This document shows, in pieces, positions 9,973 to 19,550 of a stretch of 64,000 nt of DNA. Made by a program: the position numbers and the translations under genes. The DNA lies in NCBI GenBank assembly GCA_019057385.1, contig JAHQJS010000006.1, forward strand, positions 64,001 to 128,000, in the 5' to 3' direction. Source of the DNA: Candidatus Borrarchaeum weybense (GTDB taxonomy: Archaea > Asgardarchaeota > Sifarchaeia > Borrarchaeales > Borrarchaeaceae). The notes below the pieces were generated by a model. The model searched no databases. It saw only the letters and a program-made list of their open reading frames with translations, and was not told the origin of the DNA. Each line of letters opens with the position of its first letter. Within the stretch, counting starts at the first letter, position 1.

Positions 9973-10737
9973 TTATATTGGTTTTACTACAGCCCAAATT
10001 TCTCCCCAGCGAATTTCATACGTTTCTGCCTTTAATTCTGCCCGTTCTAGTTCTTCAAAAAATGTTTCCTGTGTATACTCAATATAATGTGTACGATCCA
10101 ATCGATAGTCCAGCCCTAGTTCCTTCATCAGGGGCACCCGCCAGTCACGCTCAAAAAGTGGAACTCTTAGAAGATATTTGTCTGAACCAATTCTATTCTT
10201 AAGCTGCTTTAGGAATTTAACGCGATGTTCAATGTGTTCTAGAACATTTGACAATATTATTATATCGAATTTTTTGTCTGGTAGATCCGTCAAGGCGTTT
10301 CCCACTATGAATGTCAAATTTGGGTGTTTATAGTATTTCTTTGCGAATTCAATATAGTTCTTATTTAAATCAATACCTAACAATTTAACATTCTTCACAT
10401 TAGTGACAATGTCATACGATAAAAAACCATTTCCACAGCCTAAATCTAAAATGTGGTCGCTATCATTTATATTTTTGATAAAAAAATTATGATATCTAGT
10501 AAGCCTATGTTTTACATGTAAGCCGTCTCCATAGCGTTTTGATTCCCGTCCTGTTAACGAATATATTACTCGGTCTAATTGCAACAACAATCTTAGTGAA
10601 TCAGAGGGCTTTTTTTCTGATGATAGCAATATTTTGATAATAAGTGTGATTACTGATACTTTCTTGTTACTTGATATTTCACCTAATTTGGGTAAACTAG
10701 ATGCTATTATTCTTAACAAAACTTTAAATGAATTCAT
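9973..10737 (-). CDS. Class I SAM methyltransferase
   Basis: ILDLGCGNG, LGIDLN, FDIIILSNVLEHI. Confidence 0.9.
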   Translation of the reverse strand: MNSFKVLLRIIASSLPKLGEISSNKKVSVITLIIKILLSSEKKPSDSLRLLLQLDRVIYSLTGRESKRYGDGLHVKHRLTRYHNFFIKNINDSDHILDLGCGNGFLSYDIVTNVKNVKLLGIDLNKNYIEFAKKYYKHPNLTFIVGNALTDLPDKKFDIIILSNVLEHIEHRVKFLKQLKNRIGSDKYLLRVPLFERDWRVPLMKELGLDYRLDRTHYIEYTQETFFEELERAELKAETYEIRWGEIWAVVKPI

Positions 10738-11045
10738 GAAGCAAGAACCTCTTTAATGGCTTCAATCTCCATATATAATACATTATCCAAAGAATATTTT
10801 GTTAAAATATAATTTCTAGCATTTCTGCCAAGCTTATTCTGAAGCGACTCATCGAACATAAGTGTCTCTATCGTTTCTGCAATACTCTTGAAGTCAGTTT
10901 TGCAGAAATAACCTGTTACTAAATGTTCAATATCTTTTCTTATACCTGCAACATTCGTTCCAATACAGGATAAGCCACAACTCATGGCTTCAAGCAATAC
11001 TTTTTTAGTGAAAAATAATGTCAGTATTGTGTCAATAAGTTTCAT
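10734..11045 (-). pseudogene. GT4 glycosyltransferase with a large in-frame internal deletion
   Basis: The N-terminus DTILTLFFTK is fused directly to KVLLEAMSCG. Paralogs 21569-22699 and 44872-46005 have about 270 aa between these motifs. Confidence 0.9.
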
Positions 11046-11197
11046 AACTAATTACCAACATATTTTTTAAAATTCTCTCTCAGTCTTCAATATCTCGAAA
11101 CTCATAACTCTATAAAATATGCTACACATTACTCAAACGATTAGAAAAATCAAAAGAACGCTCTTCCTAGTATAATCAATAGCATTCTCGATATTAT

Positions 11198-13234
11198 TCA
11201 TGAATCTACATTCTTTAAGGTCTTCCACACGGTATATATTGACAAATACTTATCTGCGATTTCATCCAGTTTAGGGATGGAGATCAGTTTTTGAAATAAC
11301 TTATAATTCCTAGCTAAGCGAAACAACTGTGTCAGAATCTCTTCTTTATTGTTGAATCCAAGTCCTCCGTAGCCCACTAGTTCGGGATGTCCTCCTTCAT
11401 TTAGGTATAAGGCCGGTAGGCCACATGCTAAAGCTTCGATGAGCGCATTGGAACAAGGATCATTCTTACTGGCAGTTATATATATGTCATGATTGCGCAA
11501 TATATCTCCTAGCGCTTCTGAAGGCTGAGGAGAAATATTGTGAATATTATCAAATTCAAATGGAGTGTTTCCAACGAAAGTATATTCGAATCTGTCCCAA
11601 TCTAAATGATCTTCAATCCATTTATATGTTTCGAATCCTTTGCGTAGATTATCTGACCAACTTGTAGAAATTAGGCGAATCTTTCTACGTGAAGAATATG
11701 GGATCTTTCCATTACTATGAAAAATTCTGGCATCCACCGCATTTGGAATGATGATAGGTCTTCTTGGAGTATATCCCATTTCAACAGTCTTTTGATAACT
11801 CCAATAGGATTGGAACACGGTAAAATCTGCTACCGTATTATTAATCTTAAATACTTTATCATCAAGCCCTTTATCCTTGCCCCTTACCACGACAGTAGGA
11901 CCATCTACCCTGTGCACCATGCAGATATTACTATAATCCTTTCTTTGTCGATTAAATTTGTCCATGTCAAATGTGAATGAGTTGAGTACACAAATTTTAG
12001 AAGTGCTTCCTAGTCTTGTAGAAACTTTCCATCGTTTATTCTCCATTGCTTTTTTCAAAGCCATAAGGAATTGGTTTCCACCTCCCCAAGGCGGCTTATG
12101 AAAGGCATGTAAAATTGTTATGACTCCTCGTTTCGTTAATCTATCACGTAAACGACTGAAAAAGGATGCATTTAATCTTATTCTATTCTCTAGTTTATCT
12201 AAAGTCTTTGATCGTACTTTTCGACTTGTCAATTCACGATAAATTCGTGTCCAATATCTTCCTACGGCTTCTAGAGTGTGTTCTTCTTTAATTCTTTGAT
12301 AATTGAGTTCAATAAATTCCGATAAATTGTTTGTTTCAATATCGTTGATTATTAAGGTAATTCCTTCTACCGGGTCTGGGTATATTGTTTTTAAGGCCAG
12401 AATATCGGTAGCTTGCCCGACGTTTGTGCTAATTATTTTGCATTTAGCAGTAGCACATTCTATTATAGCTTTTGGACCACCTTCTAGGCGACCGGTTACT
12501 AAATATAAATCGACTATGTTATAAAGAAAATTGATGGTTTCTTGAGGAAGCGTATTGATATAAAGGTCATCTTCTTCGACTTCTAGCCTCTTTCCGACAT
12601 AGACAAAAGGTATTGAATATCGTGAAAGTTGTTTAAATAACCAAAATCTTCTAGGTCCCGCTAATACTACACAAATATTTTTCTTTTGTTGATAGAGTCT
12701 TTTTATCACTTCGAAAAAAACATCAGGCCCTTTAATATATTTAGGTGTCTTAAGGTCGCCCCCCTCAGTATCCCTTTGAAAACTGCCAATAAGATATTTA
12801 TCCCTTGGTATATTGTATTTTTTGCAAAATTCATCTAATATAGGATCTCTCTTATCTATTTTGTAAAATATCTTCAAGTTAACAGGGTAAGGTACGTAAT
12901 CTCCATCAAAATGACAATCATCAAGCATTTTTTTGGCCCTTTTGGACATCACAATCCATTTATCCACGAACGGCAATACTCTGAGATAATTGGGATGCAT
13001 CAGCATATTCTTGACATCGTGTGGGATATGTGCTATAACATATTTCTCTGCAAGATATCCGGAATCAATCATTTGGAGGGCAGTCCAGTTCACCGAATGG
13101 ATGATGTTACAATTTTTAAGATCGGTGAATTCGCAAAAGGGTGATAAGCACCTTCTTAAGAGATTAAGATCATCCGCAGTTGCCCATTTAACTGGATCCC
13201 CTCCCATCAAGAATACTTTATACATCTTTTGCAC
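11198..13234 (-). CDS. Tandem two-domain GT4 glycosyltransferase
   Basis: Domain 1: GSFQRDTEG, EGGPKAIIECA. Domain 2: WGGGNQF, DPCSNALIEALACGLP. Confidence 0.8.
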   Translation of the reverse strand: MQKMYKVFLMGGDPVKWATADDLNLLRRCLSPFCEFTDLKNCNIIHSVNWTALQMIDSGYLAEKYVIAHIPHDVKNMLMHPNYLRVLPFVDKWIVMSKRAKKMLDDCHFDGDYVPYPVNLKIFYKIDKRDPILDEFCKKYNIPRDKYLIGSFQRDTEGGDLKTPKYIKGPDVFFEVIKRLYQQKKNICVVLAGPRRFWLFKQLSRYSIPFVYVGKRLEVEEDDLYINTLPQETINFLYNIVDLYLVTGRLEGGPKAIIECATAKCKIISTNVGQATDILALKTIYPDPVEGITLIINDIETNNLSEFIELNYQRIKEEHTLEAVGRYWTRIYRELTSRKVRSKTLDKLENRIRLNASFFSRLRDRLTKRGVITILHAFHKPPWGGGNQFLMALKKAMENKRWKVSTRLGSTSKICVLNSFTFDMDKFNRQRKDYSNICMVHRVDGPTVVVRGKDKGLDDKVFKINNTVADFTVFQSYWSYQKTVEMGYTPRRPIIIPNAVDARIFHSNGKIPYSSRRKIRLISTSWSDNLRKGFETYKWIEDHLDWDRFEYTFVGNTPFEFDNIHNISPQPSEALGDILRNHDIYITASKNDPCSNALIEALACGLPALYLNEGGHPELVGYGGLGFNNKEEILTQLFRLARNYKLFQKLISIPKLDEIADKYLSIYTVWKTLKNVDS

Positions 13235-13248
13235 GCTACATCATATAC

Positions 13249-14013
13249 TTAAAGCGGTTTAGTGGCAATTATGCCATATCCTGTTGTGTAACTGTTAAAA
13301 AACTGATTTTTTTTAAAAAATGGTCTCCTATCAAACTTCAGAGCAATTCTTTTTCCAAATACTGCTAATTTGTAAATCGTCAACCTCATAAGCCTCTTAA
13401 TTCTTGACTTCATTCTCTCTTTTATAATTTCATAGGCAAAACCAGTTAGCATTTCAGAGGCAACGCTAAAAAAAAGTCCCTGTCTTTCAGTTTTAATATT
13501 CTGAAATCCAATAGCATTAAGGATCGTTTGCCAGTAATACTCTGTATATCGTCCATAATCTTGCGGATCAGGATGTATCCTGTGAAGGAAAGGTACACTA
13601 ACCAGCAATAGACCTCCGGGTTTTAAGACGCGAAAGGCCTCTTTTATTACCTTTATTGGATCCAATACATGCTCTAAAAGCTCAGAGCATACAACTCCAT
13701 CGAAAGAACTGTCTGGAACAGGGATATCCGCAACATCACAAAAGAAATCAGGTTCCGTGGAAGCATCGATATTAGCGTATTTTACGGATAGAGGATAACT
13801 TTCGATATTGAAATATCCCCTTTTGTTTTTCTTTTTGCCACCCATATCTAATATGTTTGCTCCTTGCTTAAACAAACAAATATTTCGAATGTAGAATTCA
13901 TCTATATAATATCGTCTAAGAGTTAAAAATGTGTATATCTTCTCATTTTTCCTTTTTATCAGACACTTGCCCTCCGGTAGGTCCATAGAGATCATAGTTA
14001 TTGAGTGAAGCAC
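13249..14013 (-). CDS. Class I SAM methyltransferase (Methyltransf_11)
   Basis: ILDMGG, FDGVVCSELLEHV, RVLKPGG, HPDPQDYGRYT. Confidence 0.88.
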   Translation of the reverse strand: MLHSITMISMDLPEGKCLIKRKNEKIYTFLTLRRYYIDEFYIRNICLFKQGANILDMGGKKKNKRGYFNIESYPLSVKYANIDASTEPDFFCDVADIPVPDSSFDGVVCSELLEHVLDPIKVIKEAFRVLKPGGLLLVSVPFLHRIHPDPQDYGRYTEYYWQTILNAIGFQNIKTERQGLFFSVASEMLTGFAYEIIKERMKSRIKRLMRLTIYKLAVFGKRIALKFDRRPFFKKNQFFNSYTTGYGIIATKPL

Positions 14014-14212
14014 ATTTTTTAAATTTCAAGAAAGCCATTGAAATGATAATAAGGGGTTTTAAATACTCATATCATACTTTCCCATTCAGCACAAATAAAA
14101 AGCTTTTCTTCATGTAGATCAGATTAAAGCATCATCTTAATGTGTTATAGGTAAACTTATTTACTCTCTTAAAACTGATAAGATCTAAACGTTGTTAAAA
14201 ATGAAATAAGGA

Positions 14213-15124
14213 ATGAAAATGCCCATAAATACTAAGAAAATGGAAATAGATAACACTATTTATAAACTTGAAGTTCGAGAAAACGCTTTTCAGGATGATG
14301 AGGCAACTCGAATATTGATTCCTGCATTTTTAAAAAATAAAACCGCAGCAGAATTGACTCGAATCTGTATTGACAGTATTATTAAATATACTGAGGAACC
14401 TTATGAACTCTGGTATATTGATAACAATTCGCCCCAGAAATTTACAGAATGGTTGGATCAATATCCTCAAATTAACATAATTTTTAACAAGACCGAACCA
14501 GTTAATCCATTTCGATATAGAAAAGGATATATGAAGAAAAGAGACCAAACAAAAGATGCTTCTTATGCTAATGCGATTGGATTAGAACTCGGTTGTAACG
14601 TTATCAAAGATACTGCAAAATTCGTTTTTGTAATGCATAGTGATATTTTAATTACAAAAAACGGTTGGTTAAAATTTCTAAAATCAAAATTAAATGAAAA
14701 AATAAAAGCAATTGGCATAAGAAAAGACAGGATAAGAGTTCATGCGCTCCACGTTGGAGGACTTTTTTTTGATTTCTCACTATTTAAAAAGTTAGAGATG
14801 AGTTTTCTACCTAACATAAAATGTGAAAGATATCCCAACCGTCCAGAATATGATGTAGGTGATGATATTACAATTAAATTAAAAGAAAATAACTTTGGAG
14901 TTTTTACTTGCAAAAATACCTTTAATGACATTCAATTAAATGAACTTATTCCTCCAAATAATCCGATAAAAGAATTAAAATGTGATAAGGCATTTGATGA
15001 TACAAATGAAATATTTTACCTCCATTTAGGAAGAGGTGCGCCAAAATCATTCGGGAAATACAAAAGAAAAAATAAGTTGACTGCTGAACAATGGATAGAT
15101 TTTGCAAAAAACTATATCTTATAA
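14213..15124 (+). CDS. GT2-like (GT-A fold) glycosyltransferase
   Basis: ILIPAF, CIDSIIKYT, YIDNNS, MHSDI, YDVGD. Confidence 0.7.
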   Translation: MKMPINTKKMEIDNTIYKLEVRENAFQDDEATRILIPAFLKNKTAAELTRICIDSIIKYTEEPYELWYIDNNSPQKFTEWLDQYPQINIIFNKTEPVNPFRYRKGYMKKRDQTKDASYANAIGLELGCNVIKDTAKFVFVMHSDILITKNGWLKFLKSKLNEKIKAIGIRKDRIRVHALHVGGLFFDFSLFKKLEMSFLPNIKCERYPNRPEYDVGDDITIKLKENNFGVFTCKNTFNDIQLNELIPPNNPIKELKCDKAFDDTNEIFYLHLGRGAPKSFGKYKRKNKLTAEQWIDFAKNYIL

Positions 15125-15212
15125 ACAAAACGATCCTTAGTTATTGAAGTTTTTACGAGTAATATATTCTACTACTGTAACTGTAGAAGTGGCGAAAATG
15201 AAACAATAACTA

Positions 15213-15918
15213 GTGAAGTTCATAAACTCATTTTTAAATCCAATATTTAAGCGATTTATATTATTTAAGAGAACGAAAAAGAGAACTAAATTCAGATTCA
15301 TGCATGACAAGGTTCTTAATACCACAATCAAGTATGATGACGCTCATAGGAAACATCTTCATCTACAATTACATCGATCTCTATCTGAGGAGAATATTAA
15401 GACATCTAAACGGTATATGTATTTAATAAATCGCTTAAGAGAAATTATTACCCCCTCAAACATGAGATTTTTGTGTGTTAGATGCAGGTCTGTTGGAGAA
15501 ACCAATTATTTTAAATCTATTGGAGCAAAAAGAGTTATCAGGATCGATCTTTTTTCTGAGAGTGAAGATATAATGATAATGGATGCATGATATGACTTTC
15601 GAAGATAATAATGTTGATGTCATATTCCGTTGTCATTCTCTTGAACATGCGCGCGATTACAAAAAAACTGTTAAAGAATTTACAAGAGTTGCAAAGAATG
15701 ATTCGATCTTTTTAATTGAAGTTCCAGTGAACTATGAAACTAAAGGCGCTGATTTGTGGGATTTCAAATCATTACAAGATCTCAAGAAGGTATTCCAACC
15801 ATACATTGGAAAAATATTGTTTGAAGAATCTCTAGGAAAGGATGCAAAAAACAATTTTGGTACGACGGATATAATAAGGTTAATTTTTAGGATTAAGAAG
15901 AGGATTAATGGATTTTAA
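15213..15918 (+). pseudogene. Frameshifted class I SAM methyltransferase (ORFs 15213-15590 and 15583-15918)
   Basis: The two overlapping ORFs join into one MTase (LCVRCR...RIDLFS...MD|MHDMTFEDN.VDVIF..HSLEH...EFTRV). Expected motif glycines appear as Arg. Confidence 0.75.
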
Positions 15919-16025
15919 GCAACTCTAACTAATTAAATTCAGAGACACACCGCATCACACGAGAACTTTTTTTTATCAAACAGAATTACCTGCAATACGA
16001 TTAAATCCTTTCTTAATTAATTTGA

Positions 16026-16652
16026 TTATTTTTTCCCGATTATTAAAATGCTATCACACCAATCAATGCGATAAATTTGATTTATATATCTTGCCAGTAT
16101 TCTCTCAATAATTCCTTTAGGATGTCTTTTGCTATAACGTGATATTTCAATTACTTCAAGGCCTGCATATTTATATAACATATACAAAGCTTTGTATTCC
16201 CAATAAGTGATATGAGTGATATTTGTTCTTTGACGTACGGGATGATGGATATTAGGAACAGTTGAAATTAAATAACCATTTTTTTCAAGATGTTTTGAAA
16301 GTATACAAAATAGATCTATACTATCTTGCAGACTAATATGCTCAAAAACTTGATTCGCAACAATTAAAGAAAACCGTTCATCATTAGGAATTTCTTCGAC
16401 CGAAGAATAAGTAAAGTCACCACACGGGTCATTATCTAATGAAAAATATAAATCGTCTTTTAACTTTAAAAATTTCTGTAAAGGTTTTTCTTTTCCTGCA
16501 CCAACATCTAGGACTTTTCCACTATGATAAAGATTTACAATTCTTTTTTGATGATTTTTTAATATTGGTAAATCTTTAATAGAGCCAAACCTCAAAAAGC
16601 ACTCTCTCAGACAATCAGAGAAAAATCCGTATTCGAATTTTTTTGTATTCAT
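16026..16652 (-). CDS. Class I SAM methyltransferase
   Basis: VLDVGAG, NQVFEHI, GYLISTVPN. Confidence 0.85.
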   Translation of the reverse strand: MNTKKFEYGFFSDCLRECFLRFGSIKDLPILKNHQKRIVNLYHSGKVLDVGAGKEKPLQKFLKLKDDLYFSLDNDPCGDFTYSSVEEIPNDERFSLIVANQVFEHISLQDSIDLFCILSKHLEKNGYLISTVPNIHHPVRQRTNITHITYWEYKALYMLYKYAGLEVIEISRYSKRHPKGIIERILARYINQIYRIDWCDSILIIGKK

Positions 16653-16699
16653 GCCTAGCCTCCTTTCATAAACTCAAGAATTATTTATATGATTTCTCA

Positions 16700-16943
16700 A
16701 TACAACCCCTCAACTTGTTGGAGGGGAGGGATGAAGTGCGTTACGTTGTTCACTTTCACGATACTCTGTAACCCTTAAATACTGTTTCGCATAGCTCATA
16801 TGTAGAATTGAGCTGAGGTAACACTCACCAGGCTCACATTCACATCACGTTCAGGGCAGGAATTGTCCGTTGAGCATGTGTGACATGTCCCGTTGGGAAT
16901 GAATGATTCAGGAAGCTAGCCTACTTGTAGGGTGGTAGTTAAC
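16700..16943 (+). mobile_element. Non-autonomous IS200/IS605-family element (no tnpA or tnpB)
   Basis: Left hairpin CCCCTCAAC-TT-GTTGGAGGGG followed by GGGATGAA. Right end GGAAGCTAGCCTAC-TT-GTAGGGTGGTAGTTAAC, similar to the typical GAAGCC...GGTAGTTCAC end. Both hairpins share ACTTGT. Confidence 0.75.
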
Positions 16944-16960
16944 TATGTCTATGCAATAAC
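16854..16960 (+). ncRNA. Putative TnpB omegaRNA (reRNA) scaffold plus flank-derived guide
   Basis: GGGCAGGAATTGTCC hairpin, GTTGAG able to pair with the terminal TTAAC, TGATTCAGGAAG, and the RE hairpin. The guide would be 16944-16960, TATGTCTATGCAATAAC. Confidence 0.5.
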
Positions 16961-17119
16961 ATGGATCTTTCTTCTTCTTTTCTCATTCCGATTATAGATA
17001 GTTGAAAAGCTATTTGTGAATATGTTCTTTATATTTTGAAAAAAATTTAAAATACCACAAATCTGCACCTATCAACTTTAAATCCTTTTTTAAACAATAA
17101 TTTCTCATTAAGCATCTTT

Positions 17120-18430
17120 TTAATCAATGAATTCCATTTTCCATTCACTTTTGGTATGTACTAGTCCTCTTGGAATGGCATCTCCTTCAATGATAAACGG
17201 TTTTAAATCAGATATTCTTTCATAAATCTCATTGGTAATCCCATTTCTTATGCTGAAAATCATAGAATATACTCCAGGAACTAAACTGGGTGTTAAGAAC
17301 TTCACAATTAACCTGTATTTACCTTTCAAAATATTACTAAATCTGATTTTATCGTACTCATTACTTATATGCCATATACAGTTGTTAACATTCATTGATT
17401 CAGCCCTAATTGCAACTGAAAAGTAAAGTTCCTCGAAATGCTTAGTTGTTTCAAACTCAAAGAATGTTATAAGTGGTTTTTCAACTTTAATTTTTTCAGT
17501 TAAGTTCCCAAATTCATCCAAAATTCCCGCGTCACCAAAAATGAAGTCTCCAGATGATATACGTACACCAGGAAGGACCATCTGTTTTTTGTTTTTGATA
17601 TCTGTAAGGCTTCTCTCCCTTGCCATTTCATGATATTTTGATAAAGCTTCGTGAGTCTTTCCCAGGAAAACTTGTTTGCCATTGTTGAGTATCAACACTC
17701 TGTCGCACAATTGTCTTATATGCCCTAAATTATGGCTGACGAAAACTATTGCGTAGGCATTTTCTAAAACTTGACTTACTCGACGCAAACTTTTATTTTG
17801 AAAAGCCAAATCACCAACAGATAAAACTTCATCGATTAATAATACTTCAGGTTCGCAATGCACAGCAACAGAGAAGCCTAATCTTACAAACATCCCAGAA
17901 CTATAGTTTTTCACTGGTGAATCAAGAAAATCACCGATATCTGCAAACTTAACGATATCATCAAATTTCTCCTCAATTTCTTCCTTACTCATGCCCAGTA
18001 TAGCACCGTTTATATAGATGTTTTCTCTTCCTGTTAGCATGGGATGAAACCCTGCCCCAACGGCTATCAGTGCACCAGTTTTGCCTTTTATAGTGATTTT
18101 TCCTTTATCCGGCATATAAATCCCGTTCATTATTGATAAAAGCGATGTTTTACCAGCACCGTTAGGACCGATAATTCCGAGACATTCACCTTTTTTCACC
18201 TCAAAAGATACATCATTTAGAGCCCAGAATTCATCTTTTCTAAGTATGTCAGGCTTTGCGGACATCCGCAAAATATTTCTGATAGTGTCTTTTATGCCAT
18301 AGGCCATGGACCGCCTGAGTGACCTAGAAAACTTCTTTGAAACATTTTCAGCTTTGATGACAACCTCATCATTTTCTGAGAAAATTTCATCATCATCTTT
18401 TAAGACTAAAATTCTATATCCGCTCCGCAA
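17120..18430 (-). CDS. wzt: Polysaccharide ABC exporter ATPase with C-terminal carbohydrate-binding domain
   Basis: FWALNDVSF, GPNGAGKT, YSSGMFVRLGF, LLIDEVLSVGD, plus a ~160 aa C-terminal extension. Confidence 0.92.
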   Translation of the reverse strand: MRSGYRILVLKDDDEIFSENDEVVIKAENVSKKFSRSLRRSMAYGIKDTIRNILRMSAKPDILRKDEFWALNDVSFEVKKGECLGIIGPNGAGKTSLLSIMNGIYMPDKGKITIKGKTGALIAVGAGFHPMLTGRENIYINGAILGMSKEEIEEKFDDIVKFADIGDFLDSPVKNYSSGMFVRLGFSVAVHCEPEVLLIDEVLSVGDLAFQNKSLRRVSQVLENAYAIVFVSHNLGHIRQLCDRVLILNNGKQVFLGKTHEALSKYHEMARERSLTDIKNKKQMVLPGVRISSGDFIFGDAGILDEFGNLTEKIKVEKPLITFFEFETTKHFEELYFSVAIRAESMNVNNCIWHISNEYDKIRFSNILKGKYRLIVKFLTPSLVPGVYSMIFSIRNGITNEIYERISDLKPFIIEGDAIPRGLVHTKSEWKMEFID

Positions 18431-19280
18431 TTCTTGTTTCTGCTAGATGAAAGGACATCCAACAGAAGAAAAAGACGAATACCGAAAGGCCACAGGAGAT
18501 AAAATAGCTTAAGGGATGACTTAAAGTTCCAGTCAGGGCAATCTCCCTCGGTCCTATAGAAAGATAATACAAGGGGTTGATGCGAGCCAATGTAACTACA
18601 AAGCCACTTTCGGGAAGTTCATAAGCTATGGGAGTAATGAACAATAAAAAGGTTAAGCCAAGGGTAAGTATGCGTCCCAAATCTCTTATGATGCCATTTA
18701 TAATTGAGCAGATGAAGCCTAGGCCACAGCTCAATAATAATATGGGAACAGCCATCAGTGGAAACATCACAAATTGCCAGTGAGGAATGAAATTATAAAC
18801 TCCAAACAAAATAAACACTGCTCCCAGTTGAAACAAAAACGAGATGATGGTATTCCCAAATGTAGCAAAGACTAAGGCTTCCCGTGGAAAATTAATCTTT
18901 TTAAGCATCCCACCAGCACTTACAAGCGAATTGGTACTCTGAACTAGCCCGGTGACAAATAATTGCCAGAAGGACAACCCAAGGAGTGCGTAGATCACAT
19001 AAGGTACCTCTATAGCTCCCACACTAAAAAATCCGGAGCTTCTCAACACTATAAAGGTAGCAAGCGTTACCAGCGGTATGATAAGCGCCCAGGCGACACC
19101 TAAGATTGATTGTCCATATTGTCCTTTAAAGTCCCTGACAAACAGTTGCTGGATTAACCAGTTGCTTTCTTTCGTATTGTGGAATATTTCTTTCCAGAGA
19201 ATTCTATAACCTCTTTTTATTGATTGTTCTGGCTCATATACTGTTATATTTTCTTCTTTGACCATAACAACTAACCACAT
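18414..19280 (-). CDS. wzm: Polysaccharide ABC exporter permease
   Basis: RDFKGQYGQSILGVAWA, KKINFPRE, RDLG, TPIAY, NPL; overlaps wzt. Confidence 0.92.
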   Translation of the reverse strand: MWLVVMVKEENITVYEPEQSIKRGYRILWKEIFHNTKESNWLIQQLFVRDFKGQYGQSILGVAWALIIPLVTLATFIVLRSSGFFSVGAIEVPYVIYALLGLSFWQLFVTGLVQSTNSLVSAGGMLKKINFPREALVFATFGNTIISFLFQLGAVFILFGVYNFIPHWQFVMFPLMAVPILLLSCGLGFICSIINGIIRDLGRILTLGLTFLLFITPIAYELPESGFVVTLARINPLYYLSIGPREIALTGTLSHPLSYFISCGLSVFVFFFCWMSFHLAETRIAERI

Positions 19281-19550
19281 GTACTCTATTATAAAACTGA
19301 AGGCATTTAAATTCTGTTTGTATCTGTTTTTGCCCTTCTTAAAATTTTTTGTTAACAGATCTAGTAATTATTTTATAATTATAACTGCAAATTATTTACT
19401 CTTCATAAATCTGTGGAGCTGAATATATTTTATAAATTAAAATGGCGATTTAGATAACTCTTTAGAATTCCTCAACAAGTTTGGATGGCATTCTATCATG
19501 GAAGAGGACTTTCGGTAGTTAAAACTTTTATTTGATGAGAATGCTGAATA

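Larger units (their letters stand above)
8980..11060. repeat. Segmental duplication block 2 (GT2, methyltransferase, GT4), paralogous to ~43076-46015
   Basis: Same gene order, with near-identical C-termini (YEIRWGEIWAVVKPI). Confidence 0.9.

Noticed and set aside
19467-19523. CCTCAACAAGTTTGG and GGTAGTTAA resembling the ends of the 16.7 kb IS605-like element
   Set aside because: Matches are short, in mixed orientation, and form no intact hairpin.
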